DNA from: Planctomycetota bacterium
GTDB lineage: Bacteria > Planctomycetota > UBA1135 > UBA2386
Direction of reading: 5' to 3'
Assembly (NCBI GenBank): GCA_965228735.1
Contig: OZ245838.1
Coordinates: forward strand, 5,120,001-5,184,000
DNA: 64,000 nucleotides
The notes under the pieces were generated by a model that saw nothing but the letters and a program-made list of their open reading frames with translations, did not search any database and was not told where the DNA came from. The position numbers and the translations under genes were made by a program. Below, in pieces: positions 18,329 to 27,702 of this stretch; the first letter of the stretch is position 1; every line of letters begins with the position of its first letter.

Positions 18329-20413
18329 ATGCCCTCGCTTCGCCGTCTGGCCTTCGCCTGTCTCAGTCTGCTGCTCTTCGCCTTGCCGGCCCGGGCGACG
18401 TGGTCGATCGTCATCGTCGATGTCGCAACCGGCGAGGTCGCGATCGGCATCGCGACCTGCCTCACCGGCTTCGATCTGCGGCCGACGACGGTGGTCGTCG
18501 TGCCGGGCTTCGGCGTCGCCGCGGCGCAGTCGTTCGTCGGCCCGCTGAACCTGCGCGAGCTGATTCGCGACGAGATCCTCGCGGGCACGCCGGCCAGCCA
18601 GATCATCGCCCAACTCGCGGCCGCCGATCCGAGTCACCAGTCGCGCCAGTACGGCGTCGCCGCGGTCGTCGGCGGCACCGCGACGTTCACGGGCACTGGC
18701 GCCGGCGGGTTCGCCGGTGGCCTCACGGGCCAGAGCGGCAACCTGATCTACGCGATCCAGGGGAACGTGATCACCGGCCTGCCCGTGGTCACGCAGGCCG
18801 AGCAGGCGATCATCAACACGCCGGGCACGATGGGCGACAAGCTCATGGCCGCCATGCAGGCCGCCCGCGCGATGGGTGGCGACGGTCGTTGCTCGTGCCT
18901 CACGGGCGGCCCGACGTCGTGCGGTTCGCCGCCGGCGAACTTCACCAAGTCGTCGCACATCGGCCTGATGATCCTGAGCCGACCGAGTGACATCGACGCG
19001 CTGTGCTCGCCGGCGCTCGGCTGCGGCGCCGGTGACTACTGGATGGACCTCAACGTCAGAAATCAACAGGCGAACGATCCGGACCCGGTCGTGCAGCTGC
19101 AGACGATGTACAACACGTGGAAGGCGCAACAGGTCGGGCGGCCCGATCACTTCCAGTCGTCGGTGACGCTGAGCGGCACGACGATCCGCGCCAACGGCGT
19201 CGACGAGGTCACCGGCACCGTCTGGCTGCGCGACGCGCAGGGCAACCCGCTCGGCAACACGCTGCCCGTGACCGTCGGCCTCAGCGTGCGCAGCACGGTC
19301 TCCAACGTCGAGTTCGGCCCCGTGGTCCCGCTCGCGAACGGCAGCTACGAGTTCACGATGCGCGGCGATCTCGCGGTCGGCGAAGCGATCCTCGATGTCG
19401 CGGTCGACGACGGTCTCGGCCGTGTCGGCATCGCACCGCAGCCCGTCGTGGACGTGCTCGACGCGTTCGGCTCCTGCGGCGTGGGCGCGATCAGCGACGG
19501 CCAGGGCGGCGTGATCGATGCGCTCGAGATCGGCGGCAGCGGCGGCGGGGCCGCGCGCTTCGTCGAGATCGGGCGTGACCAGCCGTTCCTGCTCACGCTC
19601 GAGCCGCCGGTCGGCGCGCCGATGACGGCGCCGGTCGGGGCGTTCGCGCTCTGGGCCCACCTCGGCCTGCCGACGCCGGGCGCCGAGCTGTTCCTCGGTT
19701 CGGGCAGCGGTTCGCTCTGCTTCCGGCCGCTGCCGTTCTCGAACGCGCCCACGATCCTGCTCGCGGATTCGATCCTCGCCAGCGGCTTCTATCCCGCGAC
19801 GCGGGCGCCGTGGACGCTCGGCTTCCCCGGCATCCCGGCACTCCTCGATGTCACGTTGCAGGCGGTGATGGCCGTCGATCCGCAGGGCACCATCGCCGCG
19901 ACCAACGCGCTCATGCTGCGCACGACGCCGCTGACGCCGCCGCAGATCCTCGGCATCACGCCGGCCGCGGCGCTCGGCGGCACGCCGGTGCAGATCAACG
20001 GCAACAACTTCCAGAACGGCATCGAGCTGCGCGTCGGCGGGCAGCCAACGGCGATCAACGCGCGCACGCCGACGACGATCGACTTCGTCATGCCGACCGG
20101 GCTCGGCTGCGACACGACGGTCGCGCTCAACAACGTCGGCACAGCGCCGGTCTCGCGGACCTACAACGGTACGCCGTCGATCTCGTTCTTGCCGTTCTCG
20201 AGCGGACCCGCCGCGGGTGGCAGCTTCTTCGCGATCACGGGGCAGAACCTCGGCGGTGCGACCGCGACGATCGGCGGCAACCCGGTCGTCGTGACCAGCC
20301 AGACGACCACGTCGATCGTCGGCACGACGCCGCCCGGCACGCCCGGCCCGGCGACGGTGCTCGTCGTCAACCCGCTCGGGTGCCAGGACACGGCGATCTA
20401 CACCTACCAGTAG
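18329..20413 (+). CDS. Secreted DUF1028 (Ntn-hydrolase-like) protein with Ig-like and two IPT/TIG domains
   Basis: Signal peptide ending ARA-TWSIV; QSRQYG, IQGN and GGDGRCSC motifs; C-terminal IPT/TIG-like repeats. Confidence 0.8.
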   Translation: MPSLRRLAFACLSLLLFALPARATWSIVIVDVATGEVAIGIATCLTGFDLRPTTVVVVPGFGVAAAQSFVGPLNLRELIRDEILAGTPASQIIAQLAAADPSHQSRQYGVAAVVGGTATFTGTGAGGFAGGLTGQSGNLIYAIQGNVITGLPVVTQAEQAIINTPGTMGDKLMAAMQAARAMGGDGRCSCLTGGPTSCGSPPANFTKSSHIGLMILSRPSDIDALCSPALGCGAGDYWMDLNVRNQQANDPDPVVQLQTMYNTWKAQQVGRPDHFQSSVTLSGTTIRANGVDEVTGTVWLRDAQGNPLGNTLPVTVGLSVRSTVSNVEFGPVVPLANGSYEFTMRGDLAVGEAILDVAVDDGLGRVGIAPQPVVDVLDAFGSCGVGAISDGQGGVIDALEIGGSGGGAARFVEIGRDQPFLLTLEPPVGAPMTAPVGAFALWAHLGLPTPGAELFLGSGSGSLCFRPLPFSNAPTILLADSILASGFYPATRAPWTLGFPGIPALLDVTLQAVMAVDPQGTIAATNALMLRTTPLTPPQILGITPAAALGGTPVQINGNNFQNGIELRVGGQPTAINARTPTTIDFVMPTGLGCDTTVALNNVGTAPVSRTYNGTPSISFLPFSSGPAAGGSFFAITGQNLGGATATIGGNPVVVTSQTTTSIVGTTPPGTPGPATVLVVNPLGCQDTAIYTYQ

Positions 20414-20435
20414 CGCGTCGCCGCCCGGAACACGG

Positions 20436-22463
20436 TCACGCTTCGGCGAGCCAGCGCTGCGGTCGCCGTTCGTCGGGCGGCAGATCGCGGTCCACGCGCG
20501 CGAAGCCGCGCGGTCCGGCATCGTGGACGATGTGGGCGACGGCGCTGCGTTCGAGTCCGAACGCGTCGCCGACGAGTCGGTCGATCGCCGTCAACGCCCG
20601 GCCGCGCGCTCGGCGGTCGTGCAGAGGAGCGCTGCTCTCTCGAGCATCGCAGCACCAGCCCTCGCGCTCGGCTCGCTGCCAGAGCGCCCGATGCCACGGC
20701 AGGATCGCACACAGCTGCAGCGCGAGTCGGGCGAGCTCGCGCGTCGTGGCGATCGACAGACGCGGGAAGCGGCAGTCGGTCAGGACGAAGCCATTGAGGT
20801 TGGTGCCGGTCAGTCGCCGGCGCAGCGCCCAGTCGAACGGCAGCGACCCGAGAACGGCGGCGCCCGCGGCGAGGTGCAGCAACGGCGTATCGGTCACTGT
20901 CCTCTCGGTGAGCACGCCGAGGGAGTTGCCGCACGGCACGTCGGGCAGCAGGCACGCGGCGGCCGTGCGTTCGTTGGTCGCGTTGGACAGCGCGCGCAGC
21001 GCGATCCGGGCCGGCCCGCGCTCTCCGGCCCCGGCCCGAAAGGCCGCCGCGTCGACGAGGTAGAGCGGCCGCAGATCGTTGCACTCGCGCGGCGGTTGCC
21101 AGCGCGTCTTGTGACCCGTGCCGCCGGCGTGCGCGCCGGTGTTGGGATGCAGGTCGAACAGCATCGCGCCCTGGTAGAGCGGCAGCAGCTCGGAGTTCTG
21201 TTGGTCCTGCGGGCGCTCCGGTCGGCGCCACACGCCGTCGCGGTCGTCGCGCCGGTAGCCCTGCTCCTCGGCGATCGTCCGCTGCACGAACCGGTCGCGG
21301 TCCGACGTCATGTTGAAGTCGCCCTGCCGCCACTCGAACGCGCCGCCGGGTCCCGTCAACGGCATGCTGCGATCCTGCATGCGCGCGAGGAGCTCGAGGT
21401 CCGTCACGTGTTCGCATTCCACGAACGTCGCGTGCCGCGGGCTGAGCCCTTGGAGTCGCGTGCGCGGATAGCGCACGCTGGCAGGTGACCGCGCGGCCCA
21501 GTCCGCCGGATCCGTGCGACCGAACGCGCAGCGTACCGCGGTCGTGTGACCGCCGCGTCGGCCGATCACCACCGCAAACCGATAGCGGCTGTCGATCGCG
21601 AACAGGCGCCGGCGGTTCTCGAAGCCGAACAGCCATTCCCACTCGCACTCGTCGAGCAGCAGCTGTCGCAGCGGCGCGGCGTCGCGGTCGAACCAGAGGC
21701 TCGCGGGAACGATGAGTCCGAAGCGGCCGCCTGGGCGCAGCAGCTGGTGCGCGCGTTCGACGAACAGCCGATAGGTGAACAGCTTGCCGTTGCCCTGGTG
21801 CGCGAATCGCGCACGCAGCCTGGCGACGTGATCACGCGAGTACGAGTCCGCCTGCAGCGTCTCCCACGGCGGGTTGGTGAGCACCGCGTCGAACGGGTTG
21901 CCGTCGAGATCGAGCAGGCCGTCGCCGCGGCGGACGTTGGCCGCGATGGTGCGGGGATCGAGGGCGTCCCGATCCGCGCCGAGCTCGATCGCGGTCTCGT
22001 GGACGGCGAGCGCCGCCAGCGCGGCGGCGGTGCTGTCGACGTCGACGCCGTGCAGCGTCGTTGCCGCGCGCCCGGGGTCGGCGCCGTTCTGCACGAGCCA
22101 GCGCAACGCCGCGACGAGGAACGTGCCGCCGCCCGCCGCAGGGTCGCAGATGCGCAGCCCGGGATCCTGGACGCGGTCGACGAGCGGAGCGAGCGCTCGG
22201 TCGACGGTGGGCGTCGCGAGTGCCGGCGGCGTGTACCAGGTGCCGCGGCGCTTGCGCTGCTCACTCGCGAGGAGCTCGGGGTAGCGCGCGGCGAGCGTCG
22301 TGAAGTCGGCGTCGAGCAGGCCCGTCGTCGCGCCGTCGCCGAGTTCCATCCCGAGATCCTCCGCGCCGTCGATCGGCAGCAGCTGTTCTGCGAGGCATGC
22401 CGACAACCGCGCAGCGGCGAGGCGGCGGATGAACGTTCGGGCCGCGGTCCAGCGTTCGCTCAT
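20436..22463 (-). CDS. N6-adenine DNA methyltransferase (Eco57I/type IIG-like MTase plus TRD), apparently without a nuclease domain
   Basis: GTWYTP, DPAAGGGTF (motif I) and NPPW (motif IV); ATG overlaps the stop of the upstream threonine dehydratase (ATGA). Confidence 0.82.
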   Translation of the reverse strand: MSERWTAARTFIRRLAAARLSACLAEQLLPIDGAEDLGMELGDGATTGLLDADFTTLAARYPELLASEQRKRRGTWYTPPALATPTVDRALAPLVDRVQDPGLRICDPAAGGGTFLVAALRWLVQNGADPGRAATTLHGVDVDSTAAALAALAVHETAIELGADRDALDPRTIAANVRRGDGLLDLDGNPFDAVLTNPPWETLQADSYSRDHVARLRARFAHQGNGKLFTYRLFVERAHQLLRPGGRFGLIVPASLWFDRDAAPLRQLLLDECEWEWLFGFENRRRLFAIDSRYRFAVVIGRRGGHTTAVRCAFGRTDPADWAARSPASVRYPRTRLQGLSPRHATFVECEHVTDLELLARMQDRSMPLTGPGGAFEWRQGDFNMTSDRDRFVQRTIAEEQGYRRDDRDGVWRRPERPQDQQNSELLPLYQGAMLFDLHPNTGAHAGGTGHKTRWQPPRECNDLRPLYLVDAAAFRAGAGERGPARIALRALSNATNERTAAACLLPDVPCGNSLGVLTERTVTDTPLLHLAAGAAVLGSLPFDWALRRRLTGTNLNGFVLTDCRFPRLSIATTRELARLALQLCAILPWHRALWQRAEREGWCCDARESSAPLHDRRARGRALTAIDRLVGDAFGLERSAVAHIVHDAGPRGFARVDRDLPPDERRPQRWLAEA

Positions 22464-23665
22464 CCGAGGATCGCGGGGAAGCCCGCCGCTGCGAGCGTCG
22501 CGAGGATGCGTTCGACATGGGCGGCGCCGCGGGTCTCCATGACGACGACGAGTTCGGCCTCCCGCGCACCGCCCTTGGAGAACACCCGCTCGTGCTGGAT
22601 GTCGACGATGTCCGCGCCCTGCGCGCCGATCATCTCGCTGATCTTCGCGAGCGTGCCGGGGACGTCCTTCATCGGGATGCGGAGCCGCGCGACCTTGCCG
22701 TCCTTCTGCAGCGACCGCAGCAGCACGGTCGACAGCAACCGGCGGTCGATGTTGCCGCCGCAGATCACGACGCCGACGGTGCGGCCTGCGAACGCCTCGC
22801 GATGGCGACACACCGCCGCGAAGCCGGCCGCGCCCGCGCCTTCCGCCACGATCTTGCCGTGCGTCACGAGTGCCTGGATCGCGTCCTCGATGTCGCTCTC
22901 GGACACGAGCAGGATGTCGTCGACGTGTTCTCCGATGATCGCGCTCGTGAGCTTGCCCGGTGTCTTCACCGCGATGCCATCGGCGAGCGAGTGGGTGCGC
23001 AGCGGCATCGGTTCGTTGCGCAGGTGCGCGACCATCGCCGGGCACAGTTCGCTCTGCACGCCGATCACACGCACGTCGGGGCGCTCGGACTTGGTCCACA
23101 GCGCGATGCCGCCGATGAGCCCGCCGCCGCCGATCGGCACGACGATCGTGTCGAGGTCGGGGCAGTCCGCGAGCAGCTCGATCGCGACCGTGCCCTGCCC
23201 CGCGATGATGTCCGGGTCGTCGTAGGGATGGACGAACTCGAGATTGCGTTCCTTGGCCAGCGACCGGGCGATCTCGGAGCACTCGCTGACGGACTCGCCC
23301 TCGAGCACGACCTCGGCACCGTGCCCTTCGGTGCGCTCGACCTTGGCGAACGGGGTCGTGACCGGCATCACGATCGTCGCGGGCAGCCCGAGGCGCTGCG
23401 CGTGGTAGGCGACGCCCTGGGCGTGATTCCCGGCTGACGCGGCGATCACGCCGGCCGGCGGCGTGGCGCTCTCGGCGAGCCGCTGCAGCTTGAGGCACGA
23501 ACCGCGGTCCTTGAACGAGCCCGTGAACTGCATGTTCTCGAGCTTGAGCGCGAGCTGCGTGCCGGCGTGACCGTCGAGCCGGGGCGACCGGATGGTCGGC
23601 GTGCGGACCACGTGGTCCCTGATCGCGTCGGCGGCGATGCGGATGTCGTTCGCTGTGACTGCCAT
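22460..23665 (-). CDS. ilvA: Threonine ammonia-lyase (PLP-dependent, C-terminal ACT domain)
   Basis: KLENMQFTGSFKDRG, SAGNHAQG, HPYDD, PIGGGGL, ADGIAV and CGGNID. Confidence 0.92.
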   Translation of the reverse strand: MAVTANDIRIAADAIRDHVVRTPTIRSPRLDGHAGTQLALKLENMQFTGSFKDRGSCLKLQRLAESATPPAGVIAASAGNHAQGVAYHAQRLGLPATIVMPVTTPFAKVERTEGHGAEVVLEGESVSECSEIARSLAKERNLEFVHPYDDPDIIAGQGTVAIELLADCPDLDTIVVPIGGGGLIGGIALWTKSERPDVRVIGVQSELCPAMVAHLRNEPMPLRTHSLADGIAVKTPGKLTSAIIGEHVDDILLVSESDIEDAIQALVTHGKIVAEGAGAAGFAAVCRHREAFAGRTVGVVICGGNIDRRLLSTVLLRSLQKDGKVARLRIPMKDVPGTLAKISEMIGAQGADIVDIQHERVFSKGGAREAELVVVMETRGAAHVERILATLAAAGFPAILG

Positions 23666-23728
23666 GCTTGCTGGCCCCCGACGCCTACGGGCTGGGACCG
23701 CCAGAGCGTATCGCGCATGATGGCCGCA

Positions 23729-24016
23729 ATGGAGCAGTTGCTGTGGGCTCTCGTCCTGCTCGTCAACGTCGCCGCCGTGGTCGCCTTCGGCTTCGACAAG
23801 CTGCAGAGCAAACGTCAGAAGGCGCGCCGGATCCCCGAGCGCGTCCTGCTCTGGCTCATGTTCTTCGGCGGCCTGCTCGGCGGGTGGTTCGCGATGAGCT
23901 TCTTCCGCCACAAGACCATCAAGCGTTCGTTCCGCGTGAAAGCGGTGCTCGTGACGCTGCTCAGTCCGGTCTGGCTGCTCGTCTACTGGTGGTTCAAGGG
24001 CGGCGGCGAGGCCTGA
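23729..24016 (+). CDS. DUF1294 family small membrane protein
   Basis: FGFDKLQSKRQKARRIPERVL...GG..GG..AM..FRHKT.K. Confidence 0.88.
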   Translation: MEQLLWALVLLVNVAAVVAFGFDKLQSKRQKARRIPERVLLWLMFFGGLLGGWFAMSFFRHKTIKRSFRVKAVLVTLLSPVWLLVYWWFKGGGEA

Positions 24017-24059
24017 GCCTCGCGGCCTGAACCGGCGGCGATCCGGCCCTACGGCGGAC

Positions 24060-25235
24060 CTACAGCTTGAGTTCGACGCCGGCGCGCGCGCGGGCATCGA
24101 ACAGCACCGCCTCCTGCCGTGCCCGTCGCATCACGATCTCGATCGACGGGATCGCGTCGTCGGTGAACAGCGCGAACACGTGCTGGTTGAACCCGCGCCG
24201 TTGGATGATGTGCCAGCCGTACTGGCTCTCGACGACGTCACTGATCTCGCCGTCCTTCAGCGCCCACGCCGCGCGGCAGAGCGATGCCGGCAGGCGATCG
24301 TCGAAGCGGCGGACGCCGTTGAGCTCGCCGCCGCGCCGGGCCGTCCGCGTGTCGTCGGAGAAGCGCCGTGCGAGGTCCGCGAAGTTCGACCCGTCGGGGC
24401 GCAGCCGCAGCTTGAGGTCGGCGAGCTTCTCGTTCGCGCGGCCGCGGGCCTCGTCGATCAGCAGCAGCCCCGTGCCCGCATCGCGGTGCTGCACGAGGAT
24501 GTGCGAGATGTCGACCATCCCGCCGAAGTAGCGCGCGTTCTCGTTGAAGAAGTTGCGCAGCTGCAGCCGGTTGTATTCACCCGGTTCGAAGTAGTCGAGC
24601 CAGCCCTGCACCTCGATCGCGAGGCCGTTGTGCAGCTGGTAGCGCGTCAGCAGCTGGTTGACCGTGTCCTGTGACAACTCGGTGCCGTCACCGCTGCGCT
24701 GGGCCGCGTAGTTCTTCAGCCAGGCTTCGAAGCTCGTCTTGAGCTGCGCGCTGATCGCCGCATCCAGCTCCTTCTCGTCGATCTTCGAGTCGGCCTGCTC
24801 GGCGACGAAGCGGAACGCGCGGATGTCGGCGTAGTGTCGCACCCACGGCGCCAGCAGATCCGAGCGCAGGTAACCGTGGATCGTCGGCAGCTTCGGCTTC
24901 TTGTCGAGCGCTGCGCGCAGCCCGGGGTGGTGGCGCTCGTCGATGTGATCGATGAGCTCGCCGAGCGTGACCGGCACGCCGCCGACGACGGCGACGGCGC
25001 GACCGCGGTCCTCGGGATAGCGCAGCAGCACGAAGTCGGTGCCCTTCGGCTGCTTGTCCTGCTTGGACGGTTTGTTGGCCTGCGAGGCCATGTCCTGGTC
25101 GGCGCCGAACGGCGCCGGTTTCTTGCCCGCCGGCACGATCGCGGGCTCCTGGGCGGGCAGCACAGGACCGGCGGCGGCGAACGTCGCGCCCACGAACAGG
25201 CTCGCCAGCGAGAGCATCGGGATCGGCTTCGGCAT
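24060..25235 (-). CDS. Exported parvulin (PpiC-type) peptidyl-prolyl isomerase / foldase
   Basis: Signal peptide; ISHILV, FADLARRFSDD, RGGEL and ISDVVESQYGWHII. Confidence 0.85.
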   Translation of the reverse strand: MPKPIPMLSLASLFVGATFAAAGPVLPAQEPAIVPAGKKPAPFGADQDMASQANKPSKQDKQPKGTDFVLLRYPEDRGRAVAVVGGVPVTLGELIDHIDERHHPGLRAALDKKPKLPTIHGYLRSDLLAPWVRHYADIRAFRFVAEQADSKIDEKELDAAISAQLKTSFEAWLKNYAAQRSGDGTELSQDTVNQLLTRYQLHNGLAIEVQGWLDYFEPGEYNRLQLRNFFNENARYFGGMVDISHILVQHRDAGTGLLLIDEARGRANEKLADLKLRLRPDGSNFADLARRFSDDTRTARRGGELNGVRRFDDRLPASLCRAAWALKDGEISDVVESQYGWHIIQRRGFNQHVFALFTDDAIPSIEIVMRRARQEAVLFDARARAGVELKL

Positions 25236-25313
25236 GGTGGTCCTATAGCATCGCCGCTGCCGAACGTTTCCTTGAACCGACAGCGGGCCACAAGTTCGAT
25301 GTCGAGACCCCGC

Positions 25314-26501
25314 ATGTCGCGCCAAAACTCCCGCAATCGCCTGATCGAGGGCCTGAGAGCGCGCTTTCAGCGAGAGTTCGGCGCGGCCGACCCGCGGGTG
25401 TTCTTCGCTCCGGGCCGGATCAACCTGCTGGGCGCGCACCTCGACTACAGCGGCGGCGACGTGCTGCCCATGGGCATCGATCGCGGCCTCTATTGTGCCG
25501 CCAAGCTTCGCTCCGACGGGCAGTTGCGGCTGCGGAGCCTCGATTTGGACGAGGCCGTCGACGTCCACGAGGACGACCTCGGGCGGCACCGGACGCCCGC
25601 GCACGGTTGGGCGGGCTATCCGCTGGGCGTGTGGCAGGGCTTCCGGCAGCGGACCGGCGTGCAGGGTGGGATGGACATCGTCTTCGCCGGCGACCTGCCG
25701 ATGGCCTCGGGGCTGTCCTCGTCCGCTGCGATCGAAGTCGCGACCGGCCTCGCGCTGGACGCGCTGCACGGCACCGGCCTGTCGCGCCAGGACCTCGCGA
25801 CGATCGCGCACGCGGCCGAGACCGGCTTCGTCGGCGTGCGCTGCGGCATCATGGATCAGTTCGCCTCGGCGCTGGCCCGGCCTGGCCACGTGCTGCTGCT
25901 GCACTGCGCGGGACCGACGTATCAGCACGTGCCGTTCGACGGCGAGGCCTGCGAGGTGCTCGTCATGGACAGCAAGAAGCCGCGCGAACTCGCCAAATCG
26001 GGGTTCAACGAGCGCGTCGCCGAGTGCGCCTCCGCGCTCGAGATCCTGCGCACGCACGTGCGCGACCTGCCGTACCTCGCGGCCTGCACCGTCGAGGACC
26101 TGCTCGCCGCGGAGAACGTGCTCAGCGACGTGCTGTTCCGCCGCGCGCGTCACGTCGTCACCGAGATGCAGCGCATGGCCCGCGGCGCCGACGCGCTGCG
26201 CCAGCACGACTACGAGTGCCTCGGGCAGCAGACGAGCGACAGTCACCTGTCGGTCGCGACGGACTACGCGGTCAGTTGTGACGAACTGGACGAACTCTGC
26301 GACGCCGCGACGTCTCACGGCGCAGTGTTCGGCGCGCGCCTCACCGGCGCCGGGTTCGGCGGCTGCGCGATCGCGTTGCTGCAGGCCGGGGCAGCCGCAG
26401 ACGTGCAGGCGCGCGTGACCGAACGCTACGAAGCGCGGTTCGGCGTCACCCCGGGGTTCGACGTGCTCCGCATCGGCACGGGCCCGACCGAGATCGAGTG
26501 A
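25314..26501 (+). CDS. galK: GalK-family GHMP sugar kinase (galactokinase-like, GAH variant)
   Basis: APGRINLLGAHLDY, PMASGLSSSAA, CGIMDQ and GARLTGAGFGG; alternative start 25299. Confidence 0.85.
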   Translation: MSRQNSRNRLIEGLRARFQREFGAADPRVFFAPGRINLLGAHLDYSGGDVLPMGIDRGLYCAAKLRSDGQLRLRSLDLDEAVDVHEDDLGRHRTPAHGWAGYPLGVWQGFRQRTGVQGGMDIVFAGDLPMASGLSSSAAIEVATGLALDALHGTGLSRQDLATIAHAAETGFVGVRCGIMDQFASALARPGHVLLLHCAGPTYQHVPFDGEACEVLVMDSKKPRELAKSGFNERVAECASALEILRTHVRDLPYLAACTVEDLLAAENVLSDVLFRRARHVVTEMQRMARGADALRQHDYECLGQQTSDSHLSVATDYAVSCDELDELCDAATSHGAVFGARLTGAGFGGCAIALLQAGAAADVQARVTERYEARFGVTPGFDVLRIGTGPTEIE

Positions 26502-26517
26502 ACCAGGTACCCAACCG

Positions 26518-27678
26518 CTACAGATACCGCGTCCAGGCGTGCCGGAAGCGGCGTTTGTACCAGTCGTAGCCGAGGCACAGCGGCCAGCACGCCGCGACGA
26601 CGTAGAGCGTCCCGAGCAACGACGTCCCCCATGAGCCTTCGCCGCGGGCCGGCAGCGCACCGCGGTTCATCAGCACGGCGATCATCGGCAGGTGCAGCAG
26701 GTAGTAGAACATCGGCACCCGGCCGAGCACGCCGAGCGGGTTCGCCGTCGGGATCTTCGCGAGCAGCGTTTCGCACTTCAGCAGCAGCGCGAGGATGAGG
26801 AACGCGAGGCCGAGCTCCATGCCGAGGAACGTGAGGCTCGGCGGATACTTGCTGCAGTGCAGCCATTCGACGAGCGCCCACGAGTGGCGCGGCAGGTCCT
26901 GGTTGCCGAACTCGTTGCCGGCGCGCAACGCGAGGAAGACGACGAGCGCGATCACGCCGAAGAGCGCGACCCGCTTCGGCGTCAGTCGATCCGCGGCGAG
27001 CAAGCGACCGAGCACGACGCCGAGCAGCATGACCGGCAGCCACGTGAGCAACGGATAGAAGCAGAGCACGGTGGGCAGGCCGGCGGGTGGTAGCTCCCAC
27101 CACCAGAGTCCTCCCGTCAGGCAGACCGTCTCGAGCAGGCTGCCCTGCTGTCCGAACACCGCGGGCGGCGTGAGCTCCGACCACAGCACGAGCGCCGCCG
27201 CGGCGCCGAGAACGACACCGGTCGGCAGTCGCCGAAAGAGCGGCATGAGCATGATGCTGCCGCCGATCGCCCAGAGCACGAGCGGGAACACGGGCGTCAG
27301 GCTCCACGGTTCCATGTCTTCGGCGTAACGCCAGCAGAGCGACAGCAGCGTGAGGTCGAGGAACGCGATGAGGGCGCCGCGCGCGATCAGATGCCGGTCC
27401 GTCGCGAGATGGGACGCGCCGCGCGCCTTCGCGTTCTGCGACGACAGCGCGATGCTCACCCCCGCGAGCATCACGAACGTCGGCGCACACAGGTGCGTGA
27501 GCCAGCGCACGAGGAAGTCCGGCTCGGACGCGACGGCGCCCGCGCCCGGAAACATCGCGCCGTCGCCCTGCGCGTGGTCCGGGTTGGTCGCCTGATCCAC
27601 GTGGTCGATCGCCATGAGGACCATGACGAGGCCGCGGAGCCAGTCGACCGCGACGAGGCGTGGGGCGGAAGCGGTCAT
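26518..27678 (-). CDS. DUF1624 / HGSNAT-like membrane acyltransferase
   Basis: RLVAVDWLRGLVMVLMAIDH, RWLTHLCAPTF, KYPPSL and GRVPMFYYLLH. Confidence 0.85.
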   Translation of the reverse strand: MTASAPRLVAVDWLRGLVMVLMAIDHVDQATNPDHAQGDGAMFPGAGAVASEPDFLVRWLTHLCAPTFVMLAGVSIALSSQNAKARGASHLATDRHLIARGALIAFLDLTLLSLCWRYAEDMEPWSLTPVFPLVLWAIGGSIMLMPLFRRLPTGVVLGAAAALVLWSELTPPAVFGQQGSLLETVCLTGGLWWWELPPAGLPTVLCFYPLLTWLPVMLLGVVLGRLLAADRLTPKRVALFGVIALVVFLALRAGNEFGNQDLPRHSWALVEWLHCSKYPPSLTFLGMELGLAFLILALLLKCETLLAKIPTANPLGVLGRVPMFYYLLHLPMIAVLMNRGALPARGEGSWGTSLLGTLYVVAACWPLCLGYDWYKRRFRHAWTRYL

Positions 27679-27702
27679 GGCAGTAGGATCAGACGTCGCA
27701 CG

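Noticed and set aside
20436..23498. 1020-aa version of the methyltransferase
   Set aside because: The first ~345 aa are an alternative frame over the threonine dehydratase gene; the real start is the ATG at 22463 overlapping its stop
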